Of a stretch of 57,049 bases of DNA, positions 56,620-57,049 are shown in pieces. Numbering within the stretch: the stretch's first letter is position 1; every line of letters starts with the position of its first letter. The notes under the pieces are model-generated. The model ran no database searches and was not told the origin of the DNA. It was given only the letters and a program-made list of their open reading frames with translations. Origin of the DNA: Pseudomonadota bacterium (GTDB lineage: Bacteria > Pseudomonadota > Gammaproteobacteria > BMS3Bbin11). The stretch lies in the NCBI GenBank assembly GCA_034659075.1, contig JAYEGM010000194.1, positions 10,577-67,625 on the forward strand. Direction: 5' to 3'. Position numbers and translations under genes: made by a program.

Positions 56620-57049
56620 GTTTTTTGTGCTGGCGCACGGCTGAGGGTTTTGTCCCTCACTGGCGTATAGCCTTCTTTTCATTCTATTTCTTGAATTGAT
56701 ATGAGTTTTTCGCCCTTTATGGGCGAGTGACTTTTCTTTGCTTGCCCAAAGCAAAGTAACCAAAAGAAAAGGCACCCGCATGCTTGCCCTTCGGGTTCCC
56801 TGTGATGCTCAATTGAGCCGGCGGGATGTGAAACTCGCTGGCGCTCAGACAACACATCCCGACACCTCCGTCTCAATCTCCGCTTCTCGGCTAGCCTGAA
56901 CAGGACTTTAAGGTCAACATCAAAAAGCAAGCCCAAAAACTAGGTGCCAAAAAACTCAAAATTCACCGTCATTCTGGCATGCTTCCAGCCGGAATCCATC
57001 TTATTAAAAAAATCTGGATACCGGTCTACGACGGTATGACAAAATAATA
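56620..57049 (+). repeat. modular intergenic repeat, copy C (head at stop codon of the SBP gene; runs to window end)
   Basis: Head GTGCTGGCGCACGGC at 56627-56641, 7 nt after the stop. ATTTCTTGAATTGAT at 56686-56700. Hairpin TCGCCCTTTATGGGCGA at 56710-56726. Core with hairpin 56822-56861. Palindromic tail at 56968-57040. Confidence 0.85.

Noticed and set aside
1-57049. Genomic island, prophage or integron interpretation of the accessory-looking stretches (6.4-13.3 kb and 14.5-22.6 kb)
   Set aside because: No integrase, transposase, tRNA attachment site, phage structural gene or attC-type site could be identified. Flanking synteny looks like the core chromosome. The head of the repeat does not match integron attC core sites.

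Overview
57-kb chromosomal segment with gammaproteobacterial core synteny: trpDC, def-fmt-rsmB, LysM-dprA-smg-topA, mrcA/pilMNOPQ-aroKB, trkAH. I support about 49 protein-coding genes. I see no rRNA, tRNA, CRISPR array, transposase, integrase or phage genes. All family calls come from reading motifs in the supplied translations; no searches were run. Four things are worth a second look. (1) A complete DSF-type (cis-2-unsaturated fatty acid) quorum-sensing module, rpfG-rpfC with a convergent rpfF, at 14.5-19.3 kb. It lies next to a tightly packed five-gene membrane export operon. (2) A modular repeat family with three copies, each starting at or within 7 nt of a gene's stop codon. Two copies sit tail-to-tail and fill an 870-bp gene-free gap at 21.75-22.62 kb; the third is at 56.62 kb. 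The copies share an internal hairpin that shows one compensatory base-pair change. (3) Heptanucleotide-phased tandem and palindromic repeats at gene ends (2.26, 23.76 and 39.81 kb) that share units with each other and with the large repeat. (4) A 57-aa rubredoxin gene missing from the ORF track. Smaller observations: an NtrX-type regulator without the GAFTGA motif, a topoisomerase I with no zinc-ribbon cysteines and a Lys-rich tail, a PilQ with three AMIN-like repeats, and a Cys-rich micro-ORF coupled to smg. I did not find an obvious defence island or mobile element. The repeat family and the rpf locus are the best candidates for something not yet described.
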